Origin: Pyrinomonadaceae bacterium
GTDB taxonomy: Bacteria > Acidobacteriota > Blastocatellia > Pyrinomonadales > Pyrinomonadaceae
Reading direction: 5' to 3'
DNA length: 47,992 bases
Assembly: GCA_041492345.1 (NCBI GenBank)
Contig: JBGPWS010000001.1
Span: 1-47,992 of the forward strand
Part shown: positions 9,058-17,296 of the stretch, in pieces
Layout: each line of letters opens with the position of its first letter
Position numbering within the stretch: the first letter of the stretch is position 1
Made by a program: the position numbers and the translations under genes
The notes under the pieces: model-generated
Databases searched by the model: none
What the model saw: the letters and a program-made list of their open reading frames with translations, nothing else
Told to the model about the DNA's origin: nothing

Positions 9058-10181
9058 TTCAGAAATTGTTCAATGTGTCCGTTGTCTTTCGCGCTTCTTA
9101 CGCTCCGGGCTCGGGTCTTCGCTGGATGCTGCTGCTAACAGCCGTGGTTGTTTCATGGGCCTTTTTCGGCTCCGCAGGGCTGACTCACTCACAATCGGGC
9201 CGGCAAAAGCCCCCGGACGCTCCATCCAACAGCAACACGCGTCCGCGCCAGACATCGAAACCCACGAACCAACAAGGTAACGCTCAGGCATCATCAAAAT
9301 CTGACACTAAGTCTGATCCCAGGGAAGGCGCGGACGATTCACCCGACATCGTGCGCGTGACTTCGAATCTGGTCGCTGTGCCGGCGACAGTAGTAGATAG
9401 CCAGGGCATAGCGGTGACGAATCTCAAACTTGAAGATTTTGAGCTGCGCGTCGATGGCCAGCCAAATACGATCAGTGAGATCAGTCGCGCGGATACGCCC
9501 GTGCGGATGGCCATGCTGTTCGATAACAGCGGCAGCTTGAGTGAATCACGCGACTTTGAAAAGCGCGCCGCCATTCGATTCTTTCGCAACGTGCTGCGGC
9601 CGGTGGATCAGGCCGCGGTGTTTTCCGTCTCGACCGACGTCACGCTGGCTGAGCCTTTGACCAACGACGCGCGGCGGCTCGAGCTTACCATCGACAGTTT
9701 CGGCAAACCGGAAGGCGCGACGTCGTTATTCGATGGGATCATTCAGGCTGGAGCCTATCTGCGTCCTTACCCGGGTCGTCGTGTCATCGTGATTGTTTCC
9801 GATGGAGTAGACACGACCAGCCGTGCTGATTTCGACACCACCATGCAACGGGCGCTCGCGGATGATTGCCAGATTTATGTCGTGCAGACGGGCCTTTATG
9901 AGAATGCGAACCTGCGCGCGCTGGCCGCCGAGCGGCGCATGCAGGAGTTCGCCGCGCAAACCGGCGGCGCTGTCTATGTTCCCAAGTCCGCCGATGATCT
10001 TGACGATGCGTTTGCTCAGATCGCTGCCGACCTCGCGCAGCAATACATCCTAAGTTATTACCCGGCGCAGGATAAGCGTGACGGCAAATATCACCTCATC
10101 GGGGTGCGGGTGAAGACTCGGCCCAACGCGCGAGTGCGCGCGCGAAAAGGATTTGTGGTCAAGACGCATGACCGGGTGTAA
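9054..10181 (+). CDS. VWA-domain protein, acidobacterial VWFA-related type (membrane anchored)
   Basis: ATG 9054 overlaps the trmFO stop (ATGA). It has a hydrophobic anchor, a polar S/T/Q/N/K linker, then a VWA fold with DxSxS-type 'LFDNSGSLS'. The architecture is that of the VWFA-related Acidobacterial family. Confidence 0.8.
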   Translation: MIQKLFNVSVVFRASYAPGSGLRWMLLLTAVVVSWAFFGSAGLTHSQSGRQKPPDAPSNSNTRPRQTSKPTNQQGNAQASSKSDTKSDPREGADDSPDIVRVTSNLVAVPATVVDSQGIAVTNLKLEDFELRVDGQPNTISEISRADTPVRMAMLFDNSGSLSESRDFEKRAAIRFFRNVLRPVDQAAVFSVSTDVTLAEPLTNDARRLELTIDSFGKPEGATSLFDGIIQAGAYLRPYPGRRVIVIVSDGVDTTSRADFDTTMQRALADDCQIYVVQTGLYENANLRALAAERRMQEFAAQTGGAVYVPKSADDLDDAFAQIAADLAQQYILSYYPAQDKRDGKYHLIGVRVKTRPNARVRARKGFVVKTHDRV

Positions 10182-10202
10182 AGTAAGATCCGAGGTTGAG
10201 AA

Positions 10203-10358
10203 ATGAAGGCACAAAAAAAACAAGTTAAGATTCAGCGCCCCAAGAGAGAGCGGGTAACGCGCGAAGAGGCCTTGAAACGGGTCAAAGCTTTCCCAAAACG
10301 CATGGAGAGACTGATTGCCGCTATCAGAGAAGGTTCGCATCGACATATTCATTCCTGA
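10203..10358 (+). CDS. Possible 51-aa basic small protein (not in ORF track)
   Basis: ATG 10203 lies 9 nt after GAGGT. Product is MKAQKKQVKIQRPKRERVTREEALKRVKAFPKRMERLIAAIREGSHRHIHS. It overlaps the next ORF by 44 nt in another frame. Confidence 0.25.
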   Translation: MKAQKKQVKIQRPKRERVTREEALKRVKAFPKRMERLIAAIREGSHRHIHS

Positions 10359-10647
10359 TTTGCCTGATCCGATCTACGGCAACATCCTTGAGCAACTTGG
10401 GAATGAACTCACCTACGCATACGGCGGCTCTACTACGATAGCGACTAACGGCAAGTACCGGTCGTCAGATGGATTAATTTCCCCGGACAAAGTCAACCTC
10501 CTTTTCTCTGATACACCTTTCCTCTGGGAGAGAGATCGACTTCTTGTCGAACTATACGCTGAGAGAATCCGAAGCGTTGTGAAACGGGCTCTCGCGCAGG
10601 AGGAGACTGTCCTGGTAGCAGTGTATCCTGTCTACCACGCTGCGTGA
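10315..10647 (+). CDS. Hypothetical protein (110 aa)
   Basis: The ORF only has a TTG start at 10315. No recognisable motif. Ends 15 nt before xerC. Confidence 0.4.
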   Translation: MPLSEKVRIDIFIPDLPDPIYGNILEQLGNELTYAYGGSTTIATNGKYRSSDGLISPDKVNLLFSDTPFLWERDRLLVELYAERIRSVVKRALAQEETVLVAVYPVYHAA

Positions 10648-10662
10648 GGTAGGCGGCGCACG

Positions 10663-11619
10663 ATGCTAGATCAACTTCTCACTCAATTCCTCGACCATCT
10701 GCGCTACGAGCGCAACGTTAGTGCGCACACTCTGCGCAATTACGAGAGCGACCTGCGGCAGTTTTTTGATTACCTGACCCCCGTCGAATCGAAAGAAGCA
10801 AAGTCTGCAAAACGCTCGTCTGTCATTACAAAAAAACAAGACGGGCCGGCCATCGCCCAAATCGATCACCTCACGATCCGTGAATGGCTTTCAAGCCTGC
10901 ACTCAAACCACAAGAAGAAGACCTCCATAGCCAGGAAGCTCGCCGCCCTGCGCACTTTCTTTCAGTTTCTGGTACGCGAAGGCGTCGTCGAACAGAATCC
11001 GGCCAAGTTGGTGGCGACGCCGCGCAAGGAAAAGAAACTTCCGGTCCACCTTTCCATCGAAGACGCCGTTCGCTTCATTGAAACACCCGACACCGAAACC
11101 GATTTCGGCAAACGTGACCGCGCAATCCTGGAATTGCTTTATGCCACCGGAATACGCGTTTCAGAACTGGTCCAGCTCAATCTCCGCGATATCGACTTCA
11201 AGAGCAAGTTGCTGCGCGTGTTCGGGAAACGCCGCAAGGAACGCATCGTGCCCTTTGGAGATCCAGCCGCCAAGGCCCTGAAGGATTATCTTGCCGTACG
11301 TGAGGTCTTCCTGATGAACGCGCCGGCGACTAAGCGCGACGCCCAACCTCTGATTCTGAACTATCAGGGCACGCGCATGAGCACGCGGTCAGTGGGGCGG
11401 CTGGTTGAAAAATACATTCGCCTCTGCGCGGGCATTCACGACATCAGTCCACACGCCCTCCGCCATTCGTTTGCCACGCACCTGCTGGACAGCGGCGCCG
11501 ACCTGCGGGACATTCAGGAACTGCTGGGCCACGCGCGTCTTTCCACCACGCAAATCTACACGCACGTTTCGATGGAAAAACTGATCGAGGTGTATGATAA
11601 GGCGCATCCCAAGGCGTAG
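10663..11619 (+). CDS. xerC: Tyrosine recombinase XerC/XerD family
   Basis: Core-binding N-terminus ([25 protein letters not shown]). Catalytic signatures [25 protein letters not shown] and TTQIYTHV (Tyr). Confidence 0.9.
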   Translation: MLDQLLTQFLDHLRYERNVSAHTLRNYESDLRQFFDYLTPVESKEAKSAKRSSVITKKQDGPAIAQIDHLTIREWLSSLHSNHKKKTSIARKLAALRTFFQFLVREGVVEQNPAKLVATPRKEKKLPVHLSIEDAVRFIETPDTETDFGKRDRAILELLYATGIRVSELVQLNLRDIDFKSKLLRVFGKRRKERIVPFGDPAAKALKDYLAVREVFLMNAPATKRDAQPLILNYQGTRMSTRSVGRLVEKYIRLCAGIHDISPHALRHSFATHLLDSGADLRDIQELLGHARLSTTQIYTHVSMEKLIEVYDKAHPKA

Positions 11620-11687
11620 CGAACAACCCAATTCCTATTCAGCGCAGTCCTTGACGCATAGTAAACAGGTTGTTTACCATCGATCTC

Positions 11688-11969
11688 GTGATCAAGTCGT
11701 TCCGCTGCCGGGACACCGAGCGAATCTTCCGTCGGCGGTTCCCGCGGAAATTCCCGACCGATATTCAGCAACGCACGTTCATGAAGCTCAATGCTATCGA
11801 TGCTGCTGTTAGGCTGGAAGATCTAAGGTTGCCACCTTCCAATCGACTCGAAGCGTTGAAGGGAAATCGGAAAGGGCAACACAGCATACGAATAAATGAC
11901 CAATGGCGGATCTGCTTCGTGTGGCTAGCCGGACACGCTGAGCAGACAGAGATTGTGGACTATCATTGA
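11688..11969 (+). CDS. higB: HigB-type toxin (plasmid-maintenance killer family, RelE/ParE superfamily)
   Basis: GTG 11688 yields the canonical MIKSFRCRDTERIF N-terminus; a TTG at 11670 is an alternative start. Also 'NRLEALKGNRKGQHSIRINDQWRICFVW' and the end 'IVDYH'. Confidence 0.85.
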   Translation: MIKSFRCRDTERIFRRRFPRKFPTDIQQRTFMKLNAIDAAVRLEDLRLPPSNRLEALKGNRKGQHSIRINDQWRICFVWLAGHAEQTEIVDYH

Positions 11970-11977
11970 GGAAGGAA

Positions 11978-12280
11978 ATGGCTAGAAAACACATCGCCCC
12001 GGTGCATCCGGGAACATATTTGAAAGAGCTGCTCAAAGAACTCGAACTCTCGCAGTATCGACTGGCTCAAGACATCGGGGTTACTGCGATGCGCGTCAGT
12101 CATGTTGTGCGGGGTCAGCGTCCGGTCACGGCAGAATTGGCGTTGCGACTGGGCCGCTATTTTAGACAGAGTCCGCGTTTCTGGTTAAACCTGCAGAGCC
12201 GCTACGACATGGACGTCACCGAGGACCAGTTCGGCGAACGTGTTGCACAAGAAGTGCAGCCGTATAAAGCAGTAGCATGA
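11978..12280 (+). CDS. higA: HigA-type antitoxin (Xre HTH)
   Basis: ATG 11978 after GAGGAAGGA. 'HPGTYLKELLKELELSQYRLAQDIGVTAMRVSHVVRGQRPVTAELALRLGRYF' is the HigA HTH pattern. Confidence 0.85.
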   Translation: MARKHIAPVHPGTYLKELLKELELSQYRLAQDIGVTAMRVSHVVRGQRPVTAELALRLGRYFRQSPRFWLNLQSRYDMDVTEDQFGERVAQEVQPYKAVA

Positions 12281-13773
12281 TGCAAGGTAAACTGGGTGAA
12301 CATCCGTTAGCTGAGCTGATTCGCGAGATCGCCGCGGCGGGACGGTCAGGCGCGCTGCGCCTCTCGCGAGAGCGCACCAAAGTAGCGATCTATTTCGAAG
12401 AGGGCCAGTTGGTTTTCGCCACTTCTAATCTTCGTGCACATCGCCTGCGCGAAGTTGTAAAGCGTAATGGGCTGACCGACGCACACGTCGCCGAGTTTCC
12501 CCGCAAAGCTTCGGACGAAGAACTCGCCGCCGCCATGATTCAGCGCGGACTATTAAGACCCGAGACGCTGGCTGCGATTCGCGGTAACCAGGCTGGTGAC
12601 GTGTTGCGGCTTGCGTTGTTATGGACCGATGGCGCCTGGGAATTTGATCCGCGCGTCCGGCTAGCCGATGACGTCAGGGTACGGATCGATGTGAATCGCT
12701 TATTGCTGGAGTGCGCGCGTCATCTTCCCGCAAGCTTTATCGCTGCGCGTTTGGCGCGCGCTAACGGAACTTATTTGAGGGCTGGTAACAACAACGTGAT
12801 AAATCTTCTGCCCGCCGAAGCCTTCATTCTCTCTCGGGCGTCGGATGCTGTGACTCTGGGTGAGTTGGCTGCGCTCAGCGGCGAAGAAGAAGAGGAAGGC
12901 TTTCGAGCGATCTACGCGCTGTCGTTATCAGGCTTGTTACAACACAGCGATTGGCCGGTCGCGTTAGGCGCGGAAGCGTCCCCGGTATCCACCAAAGCGC
13001 CTCGTGGTGGCCCCAGTGCGACCGCCCCTGCCGAAGCGGATGAGATTGATAGAGTCGCCGATGTCGAAGCTTTGTTTGCGCGCCTAAAAATCGCAAAGGA
13101 GCACTACGAAGTGCTTGACGTAGCCCGGTTGGCCACGAGTGATGAGATCAAGGACGCCTATCACGCGCTGGCCCGGCGCTTTCACCCCGATCGCTTTCAT
13201 CAGAGTGACCCCGAACTGCGCACTCGAGTGGAATCGGCCTTCGCGCGCATTGCCCAGGCGTACGAGACGCTGAGCGACCAGGCACTGCGCGCGGATTTTG
13301 ACGCGCGGCGGACCACGAAACCCGCAGCAACCGGCGGCCAGAAATCCGCGACTGCGGCGAAGGACCCCAACGGCGCAAAGCAGTCGGCACCGCGAGCAGA
13401 TGCGAACCGCGCCGAAACAAGTTTTCAGCATGGCCTGGATGCGCTCAAACGGAGTCGACTCGACGAGGCCATCCATTTTTTGGCGGAAGCCGCGATGTTA
13501 TCACCGCGCGAGGCCCGCTATCGCGCGCACTATGGCCATGCGCTTATCCGGCAATCAAATACCCGGCGGATTGCCGAGACAGAGTTGCAGGCCGCGCTTG
13601 CCCTCGAACCTGAGAATGCTTCTTATCGCGTTATGCTGGCCGAGCTATATAAACAGGTAGGCTTACGACGACGGGCGGAAGGCGAGTTAGAGCACGCTTT
13701 GGCTGCCGATCCGAACAACGAAGCGGCGCGCTCGCTGCTCGTGAGCTTGAAGAGCAAGAGCCAGAAATCATAA
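12277..13773 (+). CDS. J-domain protein with N-terminal DUF4388/PatA-like region and C-terminal TPR
   Basis: The start overlaps the higA stop (ATGA). 'HYEVLDVARLATSDEIKDAYHALARRFHPDRF' is a DnaJ J-domain with HPD. The N-terminus 'GKLGEHPLAELIREIAAAGRSGALRL' is DUF4388-like. The C-terminus has TPR-like repeats. Confidence 0.8.
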   Translation: MMQGKLGEHPLAELIREIAAAGRSGALRLSRERTKVAIYFEEGQLVFATSNLRAHRLREVVKRNGLTDAHVAEFPRKASDEELAAAMIQRGLLRPETLAAIRGNQAGDVLRLALLWTDGAWEFDPRVRLADDVRVRIDVNRLLLECARHLPASFIAARLARANGTYLRAGNNNVINLLPAEAFILSRASDAVTLGELAALSGEEEEEGFRAIYALSLSGLLQHSDWPVALGAEASPVSTKAPRGGPSATAPAEADEIDRVADVEALFARLKIAKEHYEVLDVARLATSDEIKDAYHALARRFHPDRFHQSDPELRTRVESAFARIAQAYETLSDQALRADFDARRTTKPAATGGQKSATAAKDPNGAKQSAPRADANRAETSFQHGLDALKRSRLDEAIHFLAEAAMLSPREARYRAHYGHALIRQSNTRRIAETELQAALALEPENASYRVMLAELYKQVGLRRRAEGELEHALAADPNNEAARSLLVSLKSKSQKS

Positions 13774-13799
13774 TTCTGAAATCGATCCATTTAGACCTT

Positions 13800-14486
13800 A
13801 TGCCAATCGATGCTATTGAAAGCGACCAGCTTACCGCGATCGAAGTTTTCCGGGACCTGAGCGCGGGAACTGACGAATTTGAAGGCTATGCGAATCCGCA
13901 CGCGTCGCGAATCGCGGTAATAGCCGACCAGATTGGCAGATCGTTCAATCTCGGCTCGCGCGATCGCTTCTCGCTACGCATTGCCGCGCTGGCTCACGAT
14001 CTGGGCGAGGTCGTAATGAATCGCGATTACATTCGCCGGCCTGGATCGTTGAGCGACGATGAAAAAGTCGATCTGGCCCGTCACCCGTTGCTCGGAGAGC
14101 GTGAAGCCGCCGGCGCCGGAGCGGATCGCGGCGCGCAACTCCTGGTGCGCTGGCATCATGAGTGGTGGAACGGCAACGGCTATCCTGATGGTTTGCGATT
14201 CGAGCAGATTCCGCTGGGCGCCCGCATCCTGCGCGTAGCTGACGTTTACGCGTCTTTGACTGATGCGCGGCCATTTCGCAAGGCCTTCACCGAGAGGCAG
14301 GCGCGCGAACATTTGCTCGAATGGACGGGTCTGGAATTCGATCCTCGGGTGGTGCGCGCGCTGCTATCGCTTGAGCCTTTCAAGGAACTCAAGGGTTATG
14401 CGCCAGAGGTCGAGGCACCACCGGACATTCCGGCCATCGCAAACGAAATGATGGCGCGCGTGCAGAAGCTGGGCTCTGAATTCTAG
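13800..14486 (+). CDS. HD-GYP domain phosphohydrolase (probable c-di-GMP phosphodiesterase), stand-alone
   Basis: Motifs AHDLGE, RHPLLGE and HHEWWNGNGYPDGL. Confidence 0.85.
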   Translation: MPIDAIESDQLTAIEVFRDLSAGTDEFEGYANPHASRIAVIADQIGRSFNLGSRDRFSLRIAALAHDLGEVVMNRDYIRRPGSLSDDEKVDLARHPLLGEREAAGAGADRGAQLLVRWHHEWWNGNGYPDGLRFEQIPLGARILRVADVYASLTDARPFRKAFTERQAREHLLEWTGLEFDPRVVRALLSLEPFKELKGYAPEVEAPPDIPAIANEMMARVQKLGSEF

Positions 14487-14549
14487 CCGATTCGTAGAGT
14501 TCCGTTTGGAGGGAGGTATCTGTTTTGCAAGATTTCTTATGCCAGTTAT

Positions 14550-14621
14550 GACGATCCACGAAAATACACGAAGCGGAAGTGGTTTTTGTTCGTGCGAGTT
14601 CGTGTGATTTCGTGGATCGTC
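14550..14621. repeat. Long imperfect palindrome built on CACGAA(A) motifs
   Basis: The arms GACGATCCACGAAAATACACGAA (14550-14572) and TTCGTGTGATTTCGTGGATCGTC (14599-14621) are reverse complements apart from a two-base transposition (TA vs AT) in the middle of the arm (21/23 positions pair). 26-nt loop. Intergenic. Confidence 0.8.
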
Positions 14622-14746
14622 CCTGTTCAAGCGGAGAAGAAAGCACGAAACCAAAGAACACTAGCGTTCGGAGTTCCGCCCTTGAACGGAAAATTTGACC
14701 GCGAGAGAGTATTCCGGCTAAAGGCGGCACTCCAAACCGAAAACCG

Positions 14747-15709
14747 ATGAGTTCAATGCAAACGCAAAACGGTCTGAATGCCGGCAGCATCGGTTGGCTG
14801 GGTTTTGAGCTAAGCGTGCTTCGCCGTTTGAAGTTTCGTTCGGTCGCCCTGCCGCTGGCAGGCGAGCCGAACCTCGGGCTCTATTTGAAGCGTTGGAACG
14901 CTCGTGTCGCCGCGAATGATCCGGCGCAATGGGCCTGGACCAAGTCACAGGCGTTCATCGAAAACAATTGCGAGACACTGACTGAGCAGGATATTGATGC
15001 CGTTCTGGACGACGCCTATGTGCCACGAAACTATTTTCGCAACCCGACGTTGTTGACGTGGTTCAATGAGACGGACGCCTGGTGGTTCGACAATGTGCGC
15101 GCGAATGCTGAGCGGCTGTCCTCCCCTTACAAGCGCGCGCTGGCGCTGTCGCTGGGCATGGCGGTGGGCGACTATGTCTTCTCTTTCAATCTCGACACGC
15201 GCGATTTGCGCCAGCCTTTGTCACTCTCGAACGTCTTTCGTCGCGTCTGGCATACGGCCTTACCACCATTTAATAATCTGCGCAAGAACACCAGTTCGAA
15301 CCAGTCGGCCAGGAGTTTTCTCGCGGAAACTCAGGATACCGACCTGCTGTTCCTAAGACTTCCCCGCCCGACCCGCGCGAGTGACAGCCGCAACGCGCGG
15401 GTCCTGACCTGGCGCGAAGAATGGCTGCGAATGGGCAAGAGTTTCTGGAGCGAGCTGGCAAAGGACCGCGCGGGAAAACTCGATGCCTATGTCGAAACGA
15501 AAGAGCAGTACCTGGGTTTGATCGAAGACCTTTTGCATACCGCCGCGCATCTGCCGCTGTGGGCGATCGAAGCTGTCAGCGACGGCTTTGTTACCACGGA
15601 CGAGTTGGTTGAGTGCGTGGGAAACGCACGCAAGATCGACGCGATCTACACGAAAGACTTCTCAGAGTTGCTGGGAATTCAGGCAGTGATTATTACGGCC
15701 GCGGCGTGA
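14747..15709 (+). CDS. Hypothetical protein; weak resemblance to D12-class (Dam-like) methyltransferase fold with degenerate motifs
   Basis: 320-aa ORF. 'PLAGEPNLGLYLKRWNARVAANDPAQW' resembles the Dam FxGxG..NDxN region. 'DLLFLRLPRP' sits where DPPY would be. No canonical motifs are retained. Confidence 0.5.
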   Translation: MSSMQTQNGLNAGSIGWLGFELSVLRRLKFRSVALPLAGEPNLGLYLKRWNARVAANDPAQWAWTKSQAFIENNCETLTEQDIDAVLDDAYVPRNYFRNPTLLTWFNETDAWWFDNVRANAERLSSPYKRALALSLGMAVGDYVFSFNLDTRDLRQPLSLSNVFRRVWHTALPPFNNLRKNTSSNQSARSFLAETQDTDLLFLRLPRPTRASDSRNARVLTWREEWLRMGKSFWSELAKDRAGKLDAYVETKEQYLGLIEDLLHTAAHLPLWAIEAVSDGFVTTDELVECVGNARKIDAIYTKDFSELLGIQAVIITAAA

Positions 15710-15746
15710 AAGATCGGCAGCGCAAGTTATCAACTTGCGCTACATT

Positions 15747-16049
15747 TCACGCCCCGCGATTCTGCGCGCGGCTGGCGCTGAAGCATTGACTGCAGAGCAC
15801 CGGCCGGCCCGGTTGTGGTTTGAAGGGCACGCTGTCGGGCTTACCGCACTGATCGCAGATAATCTCAAACTTTTCGCGTTCCGCTCCTCCTTCCTGTCGC
15901 GCTCCACCAAAGTTTTGGCGGCGCGCATCGCGGCAGGGTTTGCAACGCTTCGGATGGCTTAGCCCGCGCTCACGGTAGTAGTCCTGTTCCCTTTCGATAA
16001 AAGGGAAGGTATTTCCGCACTCGGCGCAAGTAATTTCAAGATCTGGCAT
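15747..16049 (-). CDS. Double zinc-ribbon protein (two CxxC...CxxC modules)
   Basis: 'CAECGNTFPF..YYRERGLSHPKRCKPC' and 'CDQCGKPDSVPFKPQPGRPVLCSQC'. This pattern belongs to widespread small zinc-ribbon proteins. Confidence 0.75.
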   Translation of the reverse strand: MPDLEITCAECGNTFPFIEREQDYYRERGLSHPKRCKPCRDARRQNFGGARQEGGAEREKFEIICDQCGKPDSVPFKPQPGRPVLCSQCFSASRAQNRGA

Positions 16050-16145
16050 CGCTGTCTCCCGAGAAAAACGTCTTGAGGTTTACCTCTGTAAGCTGGTGCG
16101 CAAAGTTTACTCCACGAGTGCGTGGCTGTACAGCAAATGCCCTAC

Positions 16146-16251
16146 AAGCTTCAGTTTGTCGCGTACGGTACTACAGGCTGCCAGCCTGTAGTGACTCGGG
16201 ATGCACAGGCTGGCAGCCTGTGCCACTCAAAACGACAAACTGAAGTTTGTC
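16146..16251. repeat. Nested multi-hairpin element (outer 16-nt inverted repeat enclosing two ACAGGCTG(C/G)CAGCCTGT hairpins)
   Basis: The outer arms AAGCTTCAGTTTGTCG (16146-16161) and CGACAAACTGAAGTTT (16233-16248) match 15/16. Inner palindromes lie at 16171-16191 and 16204-16222. The element ends with GTGCCAC. Confidence 0.8.
16228..16251 (-). terminator. Candidate intrinsic terminator of the deacetylase gene
   Basis: The minus-strand RNA GACAAAC-UUCA-GUUUGUC is followed by GUUUUGA. It starts 7 nt after the stop codon at 16258-16260. The U-tract is short. Confidence 0.4.
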
Positions 16252-16257
16252 GGACAA

Positions 16258-17202
16258 TCAAGCGCGCTGCAGCTCGCGCACGTGGGCACGGACCGTCTCG
16301 CCCAGCGTATCCAGGTTGTATCCACCTTCCATGCAGGAGATGACGCGGCCCGCGCACGCCTCGGCCGCCCATTCCTTCACGACCCCCGTCATCTTCACAA
16401 AGTCTTCGTCGCTGAGGAGCAACTGTCCAAGTGGATCGCCTTTGTGGGCGTCGAAGCCTGCCGAGATGATCACCAGATCCGGCGTGAACTCTCTCGCGAT
16501 CTCTTCGATCGCCGATTCGAAGGCGCCCCGCTGATCCTTTGTCGGCGTCAGCGCGCGCAAAGGCACGTTGAGCGTATAGCCACGGCCGCGCCCCTGACCC
16601 GTCTCACCGCGACTGCCCGTGCCCGGATACCACGGGTACTGATGCATCGAAAAATAGAAGACCGAAGGGTCGTCATAAAAAATACCCTGGGTGCCATTGC
16701 CGTGATGCACATCCCAATCAAGGATCGCCACGCGCTCAATTTCTTTGTATCGCTTCTGTGCATAGCGCGCCGCGACAGCTACGTTGTTAAAGAGGCAAAA
16801 CCCCATCGCTCGATCCGGCGTCGCGTGATGTCCGGGAGGACGCACGGGCACAAAAGCGTTCTTCGCCGCGCCTTCCATTACCGCGTCGATCGCCTGGCAC
16901 GCTGCGCCCGCGCCGCGCAACGCTGCCTCCAGCGACTTTCCCGAAACCAACGTGTCGTTGTCCAGATAGCCCTTGCCTTCGCGGACTGCTTCCTCGACGT
17001 GTTTGAAGTGCTGAGGTGTGTGGCAGGCTTGAATGTCGCTGCGGCGCGCTTCGCCGGCTTCGATCTCGACGACGTCGGACCAGAGCGCGGCATCACCGTG
17101 CAACGCCTCAATTACCACGCGGTAGCGCTCTGGTCTTTCCGGATGATCGGGACCTGTGTCGTGCTGCTCGAAAACGGGATGATGAACTATGGCTGTCGGC
17201 AT
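16258..17202 (-). CDS. Histone deacetylase-family (HDAC/AcuC-like) amidohydrolase
   Basis: Motifs RPPGHHA and [11 protein letters not shown], plus [11 protein letters not shown] and the C-terminal MEGGY. Confidence 0.9.
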   Translation of the reverse strand: MPTAIVHHPVFEQHDTGPDHPERPERYRVVIEALHGDAALWSDVVEIEAGEARRSDIQACHTPQHFKHVEEAVREGKGYLDNDTLVSGKSLEAALRGAGAACQAIDAVMEGAAKNAFVPVRPPGHHATPDRAMGFCLFNNVAVAARYAQKRYKEIERVAILDWDVHHGNGTQGIFYDDPSVFYFSMHQYPWYPGTGSRGETGQGRGRGYTLNVPLRALTPTKDQRGAFESAIEEIAREFTPDLVIISAGFDAHKGDPLGQLLLSDEDFVKMTGVVKEWAAEACAGRVISCMEGGYNLDTLGETVRAHVRELQRA

Positions 17203-17296
17203 CTGTTTTGTTGGCCCAGGAAATCAAACTTGCAAAGCATGAACGGGGCTACATGTCGCAGCCCCGTTCGAGACAACACTGAAATTGAGGCCGACT

